Shown here piece by piece: positions 35,291-45,041 of a DNA stretch of 55,741 nucleotides. The DNA is from a virus (lineage: Duplodnaviria; Caudoviricetes), in IMG/VR virus record IMGVR_UViG_3300012919_000008, positions 1 through 55,741 of that record, one strand, 5' to 3'. The number at the start of each line of letters is the position of its first letter. Position 1 is the stretch's first letter. A model generated the notes under the pieces. The model was not told the DNA's origin. It worked only from the letters and a program-made list of their open reading frames with translations, and did no database searches. Made by a program: the position numbers and the translations under genes.

Positions 35291-36517
35291 ATGGAACTTT
35301 CTCTAATAAGAAATCTAATGGACAAAGATTTCTACAATAACAACAAAGGTACTAGATGTCCCGACAAGTTATTTACTAAAGATGTCCAGAAGATTAAACA
35401 CTCAATAGATAATGCTATGGCAACCTATGATCGCAGTGTCTCACCAGAAGAAGTTGAGGCACTTTTTTTGTCAGCTAATCCTACACTCACGACAGCACAG
35501 AAGTCTGTGTACAAAGATATGTTTACACAACTGAAAGAAACAAATTTATTAGACAAAGATATAGCACATGACATAATGAGTACACTCTTCAGGCAGGTTG
35601 TAGGTGAAGAGGTTGCCAACATAGGGTTTGACTTTGTAAATGGTGATGCCACTACATTAGAACCATTACGTAGAATTATAGAATCATATGCAGACGATTT
35701 CATTCCTAGTGTTCAGATTGAATGGGATGAAACAGACATATTAACTCTTATCGAAGAACACAGCCTAGAACCAAAATGGAAATTTAACATACGTAGTTTA
35801 GCACGTAGGGTATCTGGCGTAGGTCCGGGACATTTGATTGCTGTAGGTGCTCAACCTAACACAGGCAAGACCAGCTTTCATGCGAGTCTAGTTATGGGTG
35901 ACGGTGGCTTTGCAGATCAGGGTGCTAGAGTTGCAGTCTTATGTAACGAAGAAGCTACAGGGCGTGTTCGTATGCGTTATATAAATGCATCACTAGGTAT
36001 GATGGGAATAGATATGTTAAAAGATATTGATAAGCATAGACAGGCAGTTAGACCTAAATTTAATAATGTCAAGATTGCAGATGGTACAGTAAGAAATATG
36101 GATTGGGTAGAGGCAGTATGTAAATCTTACAAACCAGACATATTAGTGCTTGACATGGGAGATAAATTAGCTAAAACTTCAACAACCTTAAGTACGCATG
36201 AGCTACTAAAACAGAACGCAATACATGCTAGGCAGATTGCAAAGCAACATAACTGTGCTATATTTTATATGTCTCAGTTATCTGCTGAAGCTACAGGTAG
36301 AGTTGTTCTAGACCAAACCATGATGGAAGGGTCGAAAACAGGTAAGGCAGCAGAAGCAGATTTAATACTGTTGCTTGCTAGAAATACTATAACAGGAGGG
36401 GGAGATAATGACGAAGATCCTGAAAGACATATCACCGTTGGTAAGAACAAGATTACAGGCTGGCATGGTGTTGTTACATGCGAATTAGACAATCAAATAT
36501 CTAGATTTACATCATAA
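35291..36517 (+). CDS. DnaB-like replicative helicase
   Basis: Walker A AQPNTGKT; VLD, SQL, EAD, KNK motifs. Confidence 0.88.
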   Translation: MELSLIRNLMDKDFYNNNKGTRCPDKLFTKDVQKIKHSIDNAMATYDRSVSPEEVEALFLSANPTLTTAQKSVYKDMFTQLKETNLLDKDIAHDIMSTLFRQVVGEEVANIGFDFVNGDATTLEPLRRIIESYADDFIPSVQIEWDETDILTLIEEHSLEPKWKFNIRSLARRVSGVGPGHLIAVGAQPNTGKTSFHASLVMGDGGFADQGARVAVLCNEEATGRVRMRYINASLGMMGIDMLKDIDKHRQAVRPKFNNVKIADGTVRNMDWVEAVCKSYKPDILVLDMGDKLAKTSTTLSTHELLKQNAIHARQIAKQHNCAIFYMSQLSAEATGRVVLDQTMMEGSKTGKAAEADLILLLARNTITGGGDNDEDPERHITVGKNKITGWHGVVTCELDNQISRFTS

Positions 36518-36528
36518 GGAGGACACAC

Positions 36529-37251
36529 ATGGTAAATATATTTAGACCCAAACCAGATGCAGAGGAACAGATCTTCTTTCCTTTTGGACCTGTTATGGGT
36601 TACAAGAGACTAAGTGCAAAGTTTGTAGCAGATATGAATGCACTCTTTGATAAAGACGTTGCATCTATGACAGACTACTCTGATCAGTTAGTTGGTAAGG
36701 TAAAGCAGGAGTTGTTCTTTACAGATGAGATGAGAGATACATTCTTGAATGAGATCAAACAGTTTGTAGGTAGCTACAATAACACAGCTACGATACGTAA
36801 CTCGTATGGACAGAACATGCTAGACACAGAGAAGAATAATTATTCTGTGCAGTTTATATCAGGTTGGATGGTGCGTCAGTTTGAGAACGACTACAACCCA
36901 TTGCACCTACACACAGGGTGTAGAATGTCATGTGTTGGCTATCTTAAACTGCCTGATGGCATTGACTCTGAATGGGAAGAGGACTACAAGGATCATCATC
37001 CTTCACATGGACACATACAGTTTGTACATGGCACTGCCAGCACATATAGTGCTACAAACTTTATGGTTAAGCCACAGGTGGGTGACTTCTATTTGTTTCC
37101 TAGTGAGTTGTTTCACTGTGTTTATCCGTTTAAAACTAAGGGTGAACGTAGATCCTTTAGTGTAAACTTTAACTTCCTTGAGATCCCAAAGAAAGTGGAG
37201 CAAGCAAATGATGGAACAGTTAAAGCATCTGTCGTTGGTCAAGAAGGGTGA
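36529..37251 (+). CDS. 2OG-Fe(II) oxygenase-like protein
   Basis: NPLHLH...SCVGYL...FPSELFHCVYP...RRSFSVN double-stranded beta-helix pattern. Confidence 0.7.
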   Translation: MVNIFRPKPDAEEQIFFPFGPVMGYKRLSAKFVADMNALFDKDVASMTDYSDQLVGKVKQELFFTDEMRDTFLNEIKQFVGSYNNTATIRNSYGQNMLDTEKNNYSVQFISGWMVRQFENDYNPLHLHTGCRMSCVGYLKLPDGIDSEWEEDYKDHHPSHGHIQFVHGTASTYSATNFMVKPQVGDFYLFPSELFHCVYPFKTKGERRSFSVNFNFLEIPKKVEQANDGTVKASVVGQEG

Positions 37252-37258
37252 CAGACAA

Positions 37259-39301
37259 GTGAAACTTACCTTAGACGTTGAGAACACAACTATAAAACGT
37301 AACGGTAAGTTACATCTAGATCCTTTTGAACCTGAGAATACACTGGTTATGGTGGGTATGTTAGATGATCACGGTAACGAAACAATAGTTACCTTTGATC
37401 ACAGTGAGGTGTCACCCACCACTGACGGACATAAGATAGTGCAGGATGCTTTGGATAAAGCTACTGTGCTGATAGGCCACAACATCAGTCACGATCTTGT
37501 GTGGTTATGGGAGTCAGGATTTAAATACTCTGGGGCTGTGTTTGATACTATGATGATGGAGTACATTATACAACGTGGCATCAAACAGCCACTGTCTCTT
37601 GAAGCATGTGCTGAGAGATACGAGCTAGAGACTAAGAAGCAGGACACCCTTAAGCAATACTTTAAGAAGGGTAAGTCTGTACGTGACATACCACATGCAG
37701 AGTTGTCAGAGTATCTTAGTGCTGACTTACATGCAACACAGCAATTGGCACATGAATTAAATATAAAATTTAATACTGCTAATGACGTAGGCTTAGATAG
37801 GATTAGGCAACTTACAAATAGAATGGTTGTGCTGTTATCTAAGATACACATGCGTGGATTTAAAGTAGATAGTGACGCACTAGAAGAGGTGCGTGTTACA
37901 TTTGAAGAAGAGAGAAAGGAGATAATAAAATACTTAGATGTTAAAGTAAGAGAACTTATGGGTGATGTGCCCATCAACTTGAGTAGTCCAGAACAGTTGT
38001 CTACTCTTATTTATAGTCGTAAGCCTAAGAATAAAACAGTGTGGATGAACGCACACGAACCTTATATGTCTGATGCAAGTTTCAAAGACTTGGTGCGTGA
38101 TGAGACTGACATAGTTTATAAGGCTAGTTTAAAGCAGTGTAAAACCTGCTATGGTTCAGGCAAAATAAGAAAGGTAAAGAAGGATGGCAATCCGTTTGCT
38201 AAAGAAACAAGATGTCCCACGTGTGGTGGTGACGGTTATCACGTTATTCCTACTAACACTATTGCTGGTCTAAAGTTTGTACCTCCTAGTGCTAAGTGGG
38301 CTACAGCTAGTGGCTTCTCCACCAACAAACGTAATCTTGAGCTACTAGCTAATGCTGCGAGAAGAAAAGATATGCCAGAGGCTCTTGAGTTTTTGGAGAA
38401 GGTGCAAAGGTTGTCTGCATTGGACACATATCTTTCTTCTTTTGTGGGTGGCATAAAGAATAATATTAAAGCTGACGGTATGCTACATGTTAAACTAAAC
38501 CAGCATATGACATCTACTGGAAGATTAAGCGGTAAAGAACCTAACATGCAGAACATGCCTAGAGGTGGTACGTTCCCTGTCAAACGTGTATTTGTATCAC
38601 GCTTTGATGGTGGGCATATCGTTGAGGCTGACTTTGCTCAACTAGAGTTTAGAGTCGCAGCTTTCTTGTCTCAAGACCCTGTTGCAATACAAGAAGTTAC
38701 AGAGGGTTTTGACGTTCATGCTTATACTGCTAAAGTTATATCTGATGCAGGGCAACCTATGAGTAGGCAGGAAGCTAAAGCACATACCTTTGCACCACTA
38801 TACGGTGCTAGTGGGTATGGTAGATCAGAGGCAGAGGCTACATACTATACTCACTTTAATGAGAAGTATGAGGGCATTGCAAGATGGCACAAGTCTCTTG
38901 CCAAAGAAGCACTTAACAATGGTAAAATTACTACTCCGTCAGGCAGGGAGTTTTCTTTTCCTGATGTGGTACGTAGTCCTAGAGGTAGAGTAAGTCACTT
39001 TACCCAAATCAAAAATTATCCTGTGCAGTCTTTTGCTACAGCAGATATAGTGCCGTTAGCTTTGTATTGGTTTGATATGATGCTACAACATCAGCAATCG
39101 TGCGTAGTAAATACAGTGCATGACAGTATTGTAATTGATGTTCATCCTGAAGAACACTATGAAGTTATTAGCACAGTAGAAGATGTCAACCATAATATTA
39201 CATGGCTAATACAGGAGCATTTAGGTGTAGACTTTAATGTTCCTCTATTATTAGAAGCAAAAATAGGTAATAATTGGCTTGACATGAAGGACGTTGCGTA
39301 G
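37259..39301 (+). CDS. polA: Family A DNA polymerase with DnaJ-type zinc-finger insertion
   Basis: Exonuclease LDVE/GHN; CKTCYGSG and CPTCGGDG; TGRLS, ADFAQLE, VHDS; probable GTG start at 37259. Confidence 0.93.
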   Translation: MKLTLDVENTTIKRNGKLHLDPFEPENTLVMVGMLDDHGNETIVTFDHSEVSPTTDGHKIVQDALDKATVLIGHNISHDLVWLWESGFKYSGAVFDTMMMEYIIQRGIKQPLSLEACAERYELETKKQDTLKQYFKKGKSVRDIPHAELSEYLSADLHATQQLAHELNIKFNTANDVGLDRIRQLTNRMVVLLSKIHMRGFKVDSDALEEVRVTFEEERKEIIKYLDVKVRELMGDVPINLSSPEQLSTLIYSRKPKNKTVWMNAHEPYMSDASFKDLVRDETDIVYKASLKQCKTCYGSGKIRKVKKDGNPFAKETRCPTCGGDGYHVIPTNTIAGLKFVPPSAKWATASGFSTNKRNLELLANAARRKDMPEALEFLEKVQRLSALDTYLSSFVGGIKNNIKADGMLHVKLNQHMTSTGRLSGKEPNMQNMPRGGTFPVKRVFVSRFDGGHIVEADFAQLEFRVAAFLSQDPVAIQEVTEGFDVHAYTAKVISDAGQPMSRQEAKAHTFAPLYGASGYGRSEAEATYYTHFNEKYEGIARWHKSLAKEALNNGKITTPSGREFSFPDVVRSPRGRVSHFTQIKNYPVQSFATADIVPLALYWFDMMLQHQQSCVVNTVHDSIVIDVHPEEHYEVISTVEDVNHNITWLIQEHLGVDFNVPLLLEAKIGNNWLDMKDVA

Positions 39302-39311
39302 TATAACTATG
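39279..39311 (+). promoter_or_regulatory. Sigma70-like promoter
   Basis: TTGACA-17 nt-TATAAC-TATG. Confidence 0.75.
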
Positions 39312-39345
39312 CTCTTTTGAAAAATTGTGTAGAGGAGAAAAACAC

Positions 39346-40260
39346 ATGGCAATTATGGAATCATTAGATACTAACAACTACGAGGTAATGGCTAGGGCAA
39401 TGGGTATAACAGCCGATGCTAACAGCAAGAGTGGTCAGAGCAGTTTAGCTAGACTACGTATAAGCCATACTCCGATCATGGGAGATACAGAAGTTAAAGG
39501 TAAGAAGGTAAAGATGGAAGTAGTTCCGGGTGGGTATTATAGATTAGATGTACCAGAAGGTAATGACGGTGTGTCGGCAGGTCTGTATTATGCACCTGCT
39601 GCTACCATGAGAACCTTCTTACAGAGGTTTATGTACAAGAGATTTATCAAGGGGTCTGGCAGTGTTCCTAACAGGTTTGTTAAGACTGTTATGGGTGAGT
39701 CTTTAAACATAGATCTCAAAGATAATGATGGTGGCTTTAACTGTGGTAAGCCTACAGGTTGGATCAAAGACTTCAAAGCATTACCACAGTCACAACAGAC
39801 ACTGATTAAAGAGATTAAGCGTACACGTGTGGTGTTTGGTCTGATAGATTTTAAAGATGTAGTGAATGATAATGGTGAAGAGGTTAAACAAGAGATAGAG
39901 TCTTTACCTTTTATATGGGAGATAGATAACCGTAGTGCTTTTAAACTATTAGGTGATACCTACAATGCGTTTGGTAGAAAGAAGTTACTGCCTATATCAC
40001 ATAACATATCACTAGGCACTGAAGAACAGACACTACCAAACGGTAGTAGCTTTTATCTTCCTAGTGTGTCTCCCGATTTCAACACTGCTTTAACCATATC
40101 AGAAAAGGATACAGATACCTTCAGTAACTTTATGGGGTGGGTGGACAACTATAACGACTACATAATCAGTGAATGGAACAAGAAGTCAGATGCACTCTCT
40201 CCTGCTGATGAGAAAGTGCTAGAAGAGTTTCATTCTCTTGATGATGAAGCACCCTTCTAA
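39346..40260 (+). CDS. Putative single-stranded DNA-binding protein
   Basis: Acidic C-terminus DDEAPF; position after the polymerase; GAGGAG RBS. Confidence 0.55.
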   Translation: MAIMESLDTNNYEVMARAMGITADANSKSGQSSLARLRISHTPIMGDTEVKGKKVKMEVVPGGYYRLDVPEGNDGVSAGLYYAPAATMRTFLQRFMYKRFIKGSGSVPNRFVKTVMGESLNIDLKDNDGGFNCGKPTGWIKDFKALPQSQQTLIKEIKRTRVVFGLIDFKDVVNDNGEEVKQEIESLPFIWEIDNRSAFKLLGDTYNAFGRKKLLPISHNISLGTEEQTLPNGSSFYLPSVSPDFNTALTISEKDTDTFSNFMGWVDNYNDYIISEWNKKSDALSPADEKVLEEFHSLDDEAPF

Positions 40261-41139
40261 ATGAACCATCCTGCCGAACTGACGTTAGCACAATACATGA
40301 CAGATGCAGCCAATGGTAAGGCTGTAATGTCTGATGCTACTATTGAGAAGATAGGCCAAGACGTTATGGATGCGCTAAAGCGTCAGTTTGGTGGAGGTAA
40401 TAAGCGTAAGGAGTTTGCATTGAGGATGTCTAATGTAGGCAGACCTTCATGCCAACTGTGGTTCCAAAAGAATCGTCCTGATGAAGCTACACCTCTGCCA
40501 AGTAACTTTGTTATGAACATGATGTTAGGAGATATAGTAGAGGCAATATTTAAAGGACTGTTAACAGAAGCAAAGGTAGCGTTTGAAGATGCAGATCACG
40601 TTGCATTAGAGATACCTGAAGCAGATGTTACAATTAAAGGTACATATGATATAGCTATTGATGGTGCAGTAGATGATATTAAATCTGCATCTGATTGGTC
40701 ATATCGTAACAAGTTTAAATCTTTTGCATCACTGAAAGAGAGTGACTCTTTTGGTTACATAGGACAGTTAGCAGGGTACGCACAAGCCTCTGGTTTAAAA
40801 GCTGGAGGTTGGTGGGTAATAAACAAAGCCAATGGTAGCTTTAAATATATTCCTGCTAACGGCCTTGACATGATGGAAGAGATGTATAAAATAAAGAAGA
40901 CTGCTCTAGCTATAAAGAGTGAAAAACTAGAACGGTGCTTCGATACTATTGATGAAACATTCAATGGTAAAAAGACAGGCAATAAAATACTAGGATCAGA
41001 ATGTAGCTGGTGTTCTTACAGATATGCCTGTTGGCCTACGTTAAGAGAACTGCCAGCATTAAAGTCACGTGCAAAAGAACCTAAGATAGTATCTTACGTG
41101 CACATAAAAGAGGAGGACAATGATGAAAGAATTTCCTGA
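40261..41139 (+). CDS. PD-(D/E)XK (Cas4-like) exonuclease
   Basis: SNVGRPSCQLW, GTYD...DIKS, QLAGY, CSWCSY...C. Confidence 0.75.
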   Translation: MNHPAELTLAQYMTDAANGKAVMSDATIEKIGQDVMDALKRQFGGGNKRKEFALRMSNVGRPSCQLWFQKNRPDEATPLPSNFVMNMMLGDIVEAIFKGLLTEAKVAFEDADHVALEIPEADVTIKGTYDIAIDGAVDDIKSASDWSYRNKFKSFASLKESDSFGYIGQLAGYAQASGLKAGGWWVINKANGSFKYIPANGLDMMEEMYKIKKTALAIKSEKLERCFDTIDETFNGKKTGNKILGSECSWCSYRYACWPTLRELPALKSRAKEPKIVSYVHIKEEDNDERIS

Positions 41140-41269
41140 AGAAAGTTATCTTGAGGCAAACCCAGATGTTAAAGAAGCTGTCGAGAAGGGACAGTTTAGA
41201 AATGGCAAACATCACTATGACATATTTGGCAAAAATGAAAAGAGAGAGGGGCTAGAGGGGTACTTCTAA
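41120..41269 (+). CDS. 49-aa stand-alone 'YLxxNPDV...HY..FG..E.R' repeat protein; absent from the ORF track
   Basis: GAGGAGG RBS; MMKEFPEESYLEANPDVKEAVEKGQFRNGKHHYDIFGKNEKREGLEGYF. Confidence 0.7.
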   Translation: MMKEFPEESYLEANPDVKEAVEKGQFRNGKHHYDIFGKNEKREGLEGYF

Positions 41270-41272
41270 CCA

Positions 41273-41728
41273 GTGATGAATTACGCTAAGTATGCTCATG
41301 CAAGGAAGTATGGGTACAGGTCAGGGCTAGAAAAGAAACTCGCTGATTATCTTGAGTCAATCAAAGTAAAGTTTGATTACGAAAGTATTAAGATCGAGTG
41401 GGAAGATCTAGCCTACCGTACCTATACTCCTGATTTTATATTGAACAACGGTATAATCATTGAGACAAAGGGTATGTTTACAGCAGCAGATAGGCGTAAG
41501 CATCTCTGTATAAAACGACAACACCCTAAGTTAGACATAAGATTTATTTTTGAAAACAGTAGACGCAAGCTAAGAAAAGGTGCTAAAAGTACATACGGAC
41601 AATGGTGCTTTAAATATGGTTTTGAATATGCTAGTAGAGTTGTGCCTGAAGAATGGTTAAAAGAAAAAGGTAAAAATAAACATAACAAGTTTATATGTTT
41701 CACAGGAACAAAGAGGAGAATACTATGA
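41273..41728 (+). CDS. T7 endonuclease I-like Holliday junction resolvase
   Basis: YRSGLE, YTPDF, IIETKG, HPKLDIRFIF. Confidence 0.88.
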   Translation: MMNYAKYAHARKYGYRSGLEKKLADYLESIKVKFDYESIKIEWEDLAYRTYTPDFILNNGIIIETKGMFTAADRRKHLCIKRQHPKLDIRFIFENSRRKLRKGAKSTYGQWCFKYGFEYASRVVPEEWLKEKGKNKHNKFICFTGTKRRIL

Positions 41729-42081
41729 CAGATACACCAATAAAAATTATTGATAAGGACCATGTAAATGACTTTGGTATACGAATACGTCCTGTCATGG
41801 AGGGTGATAAGTGGACAGGTGAACTTATGTTTGCCTTACTAGCAAATAACAAGAATACATTAGATCCTATTATTATGGAACAAATAATTTATATACAGCA
41901 CTTAATGTGTTCTTCATATTATGTAATGAGAAACGATCCTTTAATATATAAACAGCTAGAAGAATTTGCTATGAAGCTATCAGAAGTAGCTAGTAAATAT
42001 AGGTCAGAACCAGAAGTAACTAAGCGTGAAGATAACGTAGTTCACATAGATTTTAAAACAAAAACAAAGGAACTTGCATAA
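41725..42081 (+). CDS. Hypothetical protein
   Basis: GAGGAG RBS before ATG at 41725. Confidence 0.6.
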   Translation: MTDTPIKIIDKDHVNDFGIRIRPVMEGDKWTGELMFALLANNKNTLDPIIMEQIIYIQHLMCSSYYVMRNDPLIYKQLEEFAMKLSEVASKYRSEPEVTKREDNVVHIDFKTKTKELA

Positions 42082-42374
42082 TGGGAGTGCTAACTATGGG
42101 TGATGAAACTATTACTATTGAAGACACTAAAGGCATGGGTGGGCCATTTACCTTTTCATCTTTTGATATGGTAAACCATCCACCCCACTATAATCAAAGT
42201 GGTGTAGAATGTATAGATGCTATTAGTGCTGCCACAGGTGATAACTTTAAATATTATTTACAAGGTAACATAATGAAGTATCTGTGGAGATTTGATTACA
42301 AAGGTAAGGCTGTAGAGGATCTTAATAAAGCTAAGTGGTATCTTGATAAGTTGATAGAACACATGGAAGAGTAA
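42081..42374 (+). CDS. DUF3310 / T7 gp1.7-like nucleotide kinase domain protein
   Basis: VNHPPHY...ECIDAI...GNIMKYLWR...EDLNKAKWYL. Confidence 0.8.
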   Translation: MGVLTMGDETITIEDTKGMGGPFTFSSFDMVNHPPHYNQSGVECIDAISAATGDNFKYYLQGNIMKYLWRFDYKGKAVEDLNKAKWYLDKLIEHMEE

Positions 42375-42535
42375 TGAAATTAAAAGTATTTTTAACATTG
42401 TCTATCGACACAGAAGAGTACCCAATACCCTCTGATGGGGATGTAGCATCTGAAATAAATGATGCATTGCGTGAGTATCTGCATGACCTAGACGGTGCAG
42501 AGATAGTGACACTAAAAACTATTATGGAGAGATAA
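42374..42535 (+). CDS. 53-aa hypothetical protein; absent from the ORF track
   Basis: TAATG coupling; MKLKVFLTLSIDTEEYPIPSDG... Confidence 0.55.
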   Translation: MKLKVFLTLSIDTEEYPIPSDGDVASEINDALREYLHDLDGAEIVTLKTIMER

Positions 42536-42537
42536 CT

Positions 42538-44469
42538 ATGCACACTAATAACTATTTAACTTCTGACTATCAAAACTTTATTGCACTATCTAGATACGCT
42601 AGGTGGAAAGAGGATGAGCAAAGACGAGAGGGTTGGTTAGAGACAGTAGAAAGATACTTTGACTACTTAACTACTTATATAAAAGATACATATGACTATG
42701 CTATGCCAGACAAACAGCGCAAAGAGCTAGAAGGTGCAGTGCAAGATCTAGCCGTTATGCCTAGCATGAGAGCATTGATGACTGCTGGTGCACCACTAGA
42801 CAAGTGTCATGTGGCTAGTTACAACTGTTCTTATCTACCTGTAGATACACCAAGAGCATTTGATGAAAGTATGTACATACTTATGTGTGGCACAGGTGTA
42901 GGCTTCTCTGTTGAGAAAGAATACGTAGATAAGTTACCTACCGTACCTAATAAACTAGACCCCACCAGCACAGTAATAGTAGTGCAAGATTCACGTGAGG
43001 GTTGGGCAAAAGCTCTAAGAGAACTTATATCTACTTTATACGTGGGACAGATACCTATGTGGGATGTTAGTGAGGTAAGACCTGCTGGATCAAGATTAAA
43101 AACATTCGGTGGTAGAGCCTCTGGACCCGGACCACTTTTAAATTTGTTTAACTTTTGTGTTCAGACATTCTGTAATGCAATTGGACGTAAGCTATCATCA
43201 ATAGAATGCCATGATATTATGTGCAAGATAGGTGAAGTAGTGGTCGCTGGAGGTGTAAGACGCAGTGCACTTATCAGTCTGTCTAACATTGAAGATGAGC
43301 AGATGAGACATGCAAAATCAGGAGAGTGGTGGGATCATGAAGCACAACGTGGTATGGCTAACAATAGTGTAGCATATGATAGTAGACCACACATGGGTAC
43401 ATTTATGCGAGAGTGGTTGTCTTTGTATGATAGTAAGTCAGGCGAACGTGGTATATTCAACAGACAGTCAGCAGTAAAACAAGCAGCTAAAAGTGGCAGG
43501 AGAGATACTGAGCATACGTTTGGATGTAACCCATGCTCTGAGATAATACTAAGACCATATCAGTTCTGTAACTTATCAGAGGTTGTTGCACGTGAAACAG
43601 ATACGATGGATAGTCTCAAGAGAAAGGTTAAATATGCAACCATACTAGGCACTATGCAGTCTACACTAACTAATTTTAAATACCTACGTAAGATATGGAA
43701 AGATAACACAGAAGAAGAAAGACTACTTGGTGTGTCTCTTACAGGTATTATGGATTGCCCACTACTAAATGGTAGTCAAGGTAGTTTAGAGACAGTGCTA
43801 ACAGAACTAAAGAAAGTAGCAGTAGAAACAAACAAAGACATGGCAAAGAAGCTAGGTATTAACGTATCCACTGCTATCACCTGTGTTAAACCATCAGGCA
43901 CTGTGTCACAGCTAGTTGATAGTGCCAGTGGCATACACACAAGACACAGCAGGTACTACATTAGAACTGTACGTGCAGATGATAAAGATCCCATGACACA
44001 GTTTATGAAAGATATGGGTGTGCCAAATGAACCAGCATCAACTGGACCGTCAGGAATTACGGTATTTAGTTTTCCTATGGTCACACCAAAGAGTGCTATG
44101 GTACGTGATGATATGACCGCAATAGATCAGTTAAACATATGGTTGACCTACCAGAACTATTGGTGTGAGCATAAACCATCTGTAACCATATCTGTGCGTG
44201 AACATGAATGGATGGATGTAGGTGCTTGGATATATAAAAACTTTGATGATGTTTCAGGCATTAGTTTCTTACCGCACTCTGACCACTCGTATGATCAACC
44301 ACCCTATCAAGAGGTAGACAAAGAGACATGCTTAGAAATGGTAGCACGTATGCCTACTAATATTGATTGGAGTAAACTGTCAGACTACGAGAAAGAAGAC
44401 AGCACTATAGGTTCTAGAGAACTAGCGTGTACAGCAGATGCTTGCGAGGTAGTAGACTTAACTAATTAG
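42538..44469 (+). CDS. nrdJ: Class II (adenosylcobalamin-dependent) ribonucleotide reductase
   Basis: GGVRRSALI, NPCSEI, TCVKPSGTVS, C-terminal CTADAC; no class I beta subunit seen in the window. Confidence 0.88.
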   Translation: MHTNNYLTSDYQNFIALSRYARWKEDEQRREGWLETVERYFDYLTTYIKDTYDYAMPDKQRKELEGAVQDLAVMPSMRALMTAGAPLDKCHVASYNCSYLPVDTPRAFDESMYILMCGTGVGFSVEKEYVDKLPTVPNKLDPTSTVIVVQDSREGWAKALRELISTLYVGQIPMWDVSEVRPAGSRLKTFGGRASGPGPLLNLFNFCVQTFCNAIGRKLSSIECHDIMCKIGEVVVAGGVRRSALISLSNIEDEQMRHAKSGEWWDHEAQRGMANNSVAYDSRPHMGTFMREWLSLYDSKSGERGIFNRQSAVKQAAKSGRRDTEHTFGCNPCSEIILRPYQFCNLSEVVARETDTMDSLKRKVKYATILGTMQSTLTNFKYLRKIWKDNTEEERLLGVSLTGIMDCPLLNGSQGSLETVLTELKKVAVETNKDMAKKLGINVSTAITCVKPSGTVSQLVDSASGIHTRHSRYYIRTVRADDKDPMTQFMKDMGVPNEPASTGPSGITVFSFPMVTPKSAMVRDDMTAIDQLNIWLTYQNYWCEHKPSVTISVREHEWMDVGAWIYKNFDDVSGISFLPHSDHSYDQPPYQEVDKETCLEMVARMPTNIDWSKLSDYEKEDSTIGSRELACTADACEVVDLTN

Positions 44470-44472
44470 GAG

Positions 44473-44688
44473 ATGGGTATGAGAAGGAACTTAAATAAAA
44501 ACGATGCACCTCTGAAGATACAGTTTAAGAAAGGCTATCATGCATTTCAAAGAGGTGCTAAGTATACCAACCCATACAGGCATAACTCTATGCAATATAG
44601 AGAATGGGAGAGAGGCTATAACAAAGCCTACTTTGAGAATCTGAGAAAGGTAAAGTATGAAGAACAGCTTAGAACAGTCAGCAATTAA
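44473..44688 (+). CDS. Small protein with RMF-like pattern
   Basis: KGYHAFQRG....NPY.......REWERGY. Confidence 0.45.
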   Translation: MGMRRNLNKNDAPLKIQFKKGYHAFQRGAKYTNPYRHNSMQYREWERGYNKAYFENLRKVKYEEQLRTVSN

Positions 44689-45040
44689 CTGGTTAAAAGA
44701 AAGGTATGCTATGTTAGATTTTAATGATTATCAAAAGATAGCAAAGACTACAGCAATATATCCTGAACAATACAAGATAACATACCCTGCACTAGGACTC
44801 GTAGGTGAGGCAGGTGAGGTAGCCAACAAAGTTAAAAAGATTGTACGTGACGGTGAGGATAATATGCCTAGTGATTGGAAGGAACAGTTAGCATCAGAGA
44901 TAGGTGATGTACTGTGGTATTGTGCAGCACTAGCATCAGATTTAAACATGTCACTTGGAGTGATTGCTGCACAGAATAAAGAGAAGTTAGAAGCTAGGTT
45001 GAAGAAGGGTACATTGAAAGGTAGTGGGGATAAGAGGTAG
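44657..45040 (+). CDS. mazG: MazG-like nucleotide pyrophosphohydrolase
   Basis: LGLVGEAGEV...EIGDVLWY...GSGD. Confidence 0.85.
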   Translation: MKNSLEQSAINWLKERYAMLDFNDYQKIAKTTAIYPEQYKITYPALGLVGEAGEVANKVKKIVRDGEDNMPSDWKEQLASEIGDVLWYCAALASDLNMSLGVIAAQNKEKLEARLKKGTLKGSGDKR

Positions 45041-45041
45041 C

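Noticed and set aside
15948-38220. Half-sites of the palindrome in portal (~15950), integrase (~33637) and polymerase (~38214)
   Set aside because: Only 8-9 bp, inside coding sequence and without the second arm; compatible with chance.
40261-41139. Cas4-like nuclease as a CRISPR component
   Set aside because: Stand-alone phage exonuclease in the usual replication position; no cas1 or array.
37178-44469. Inteins or introns in the polymerase or RNR
   Set aside because: Lengths are normal, reading frames are continuous and no intein terminal motifs are seen.
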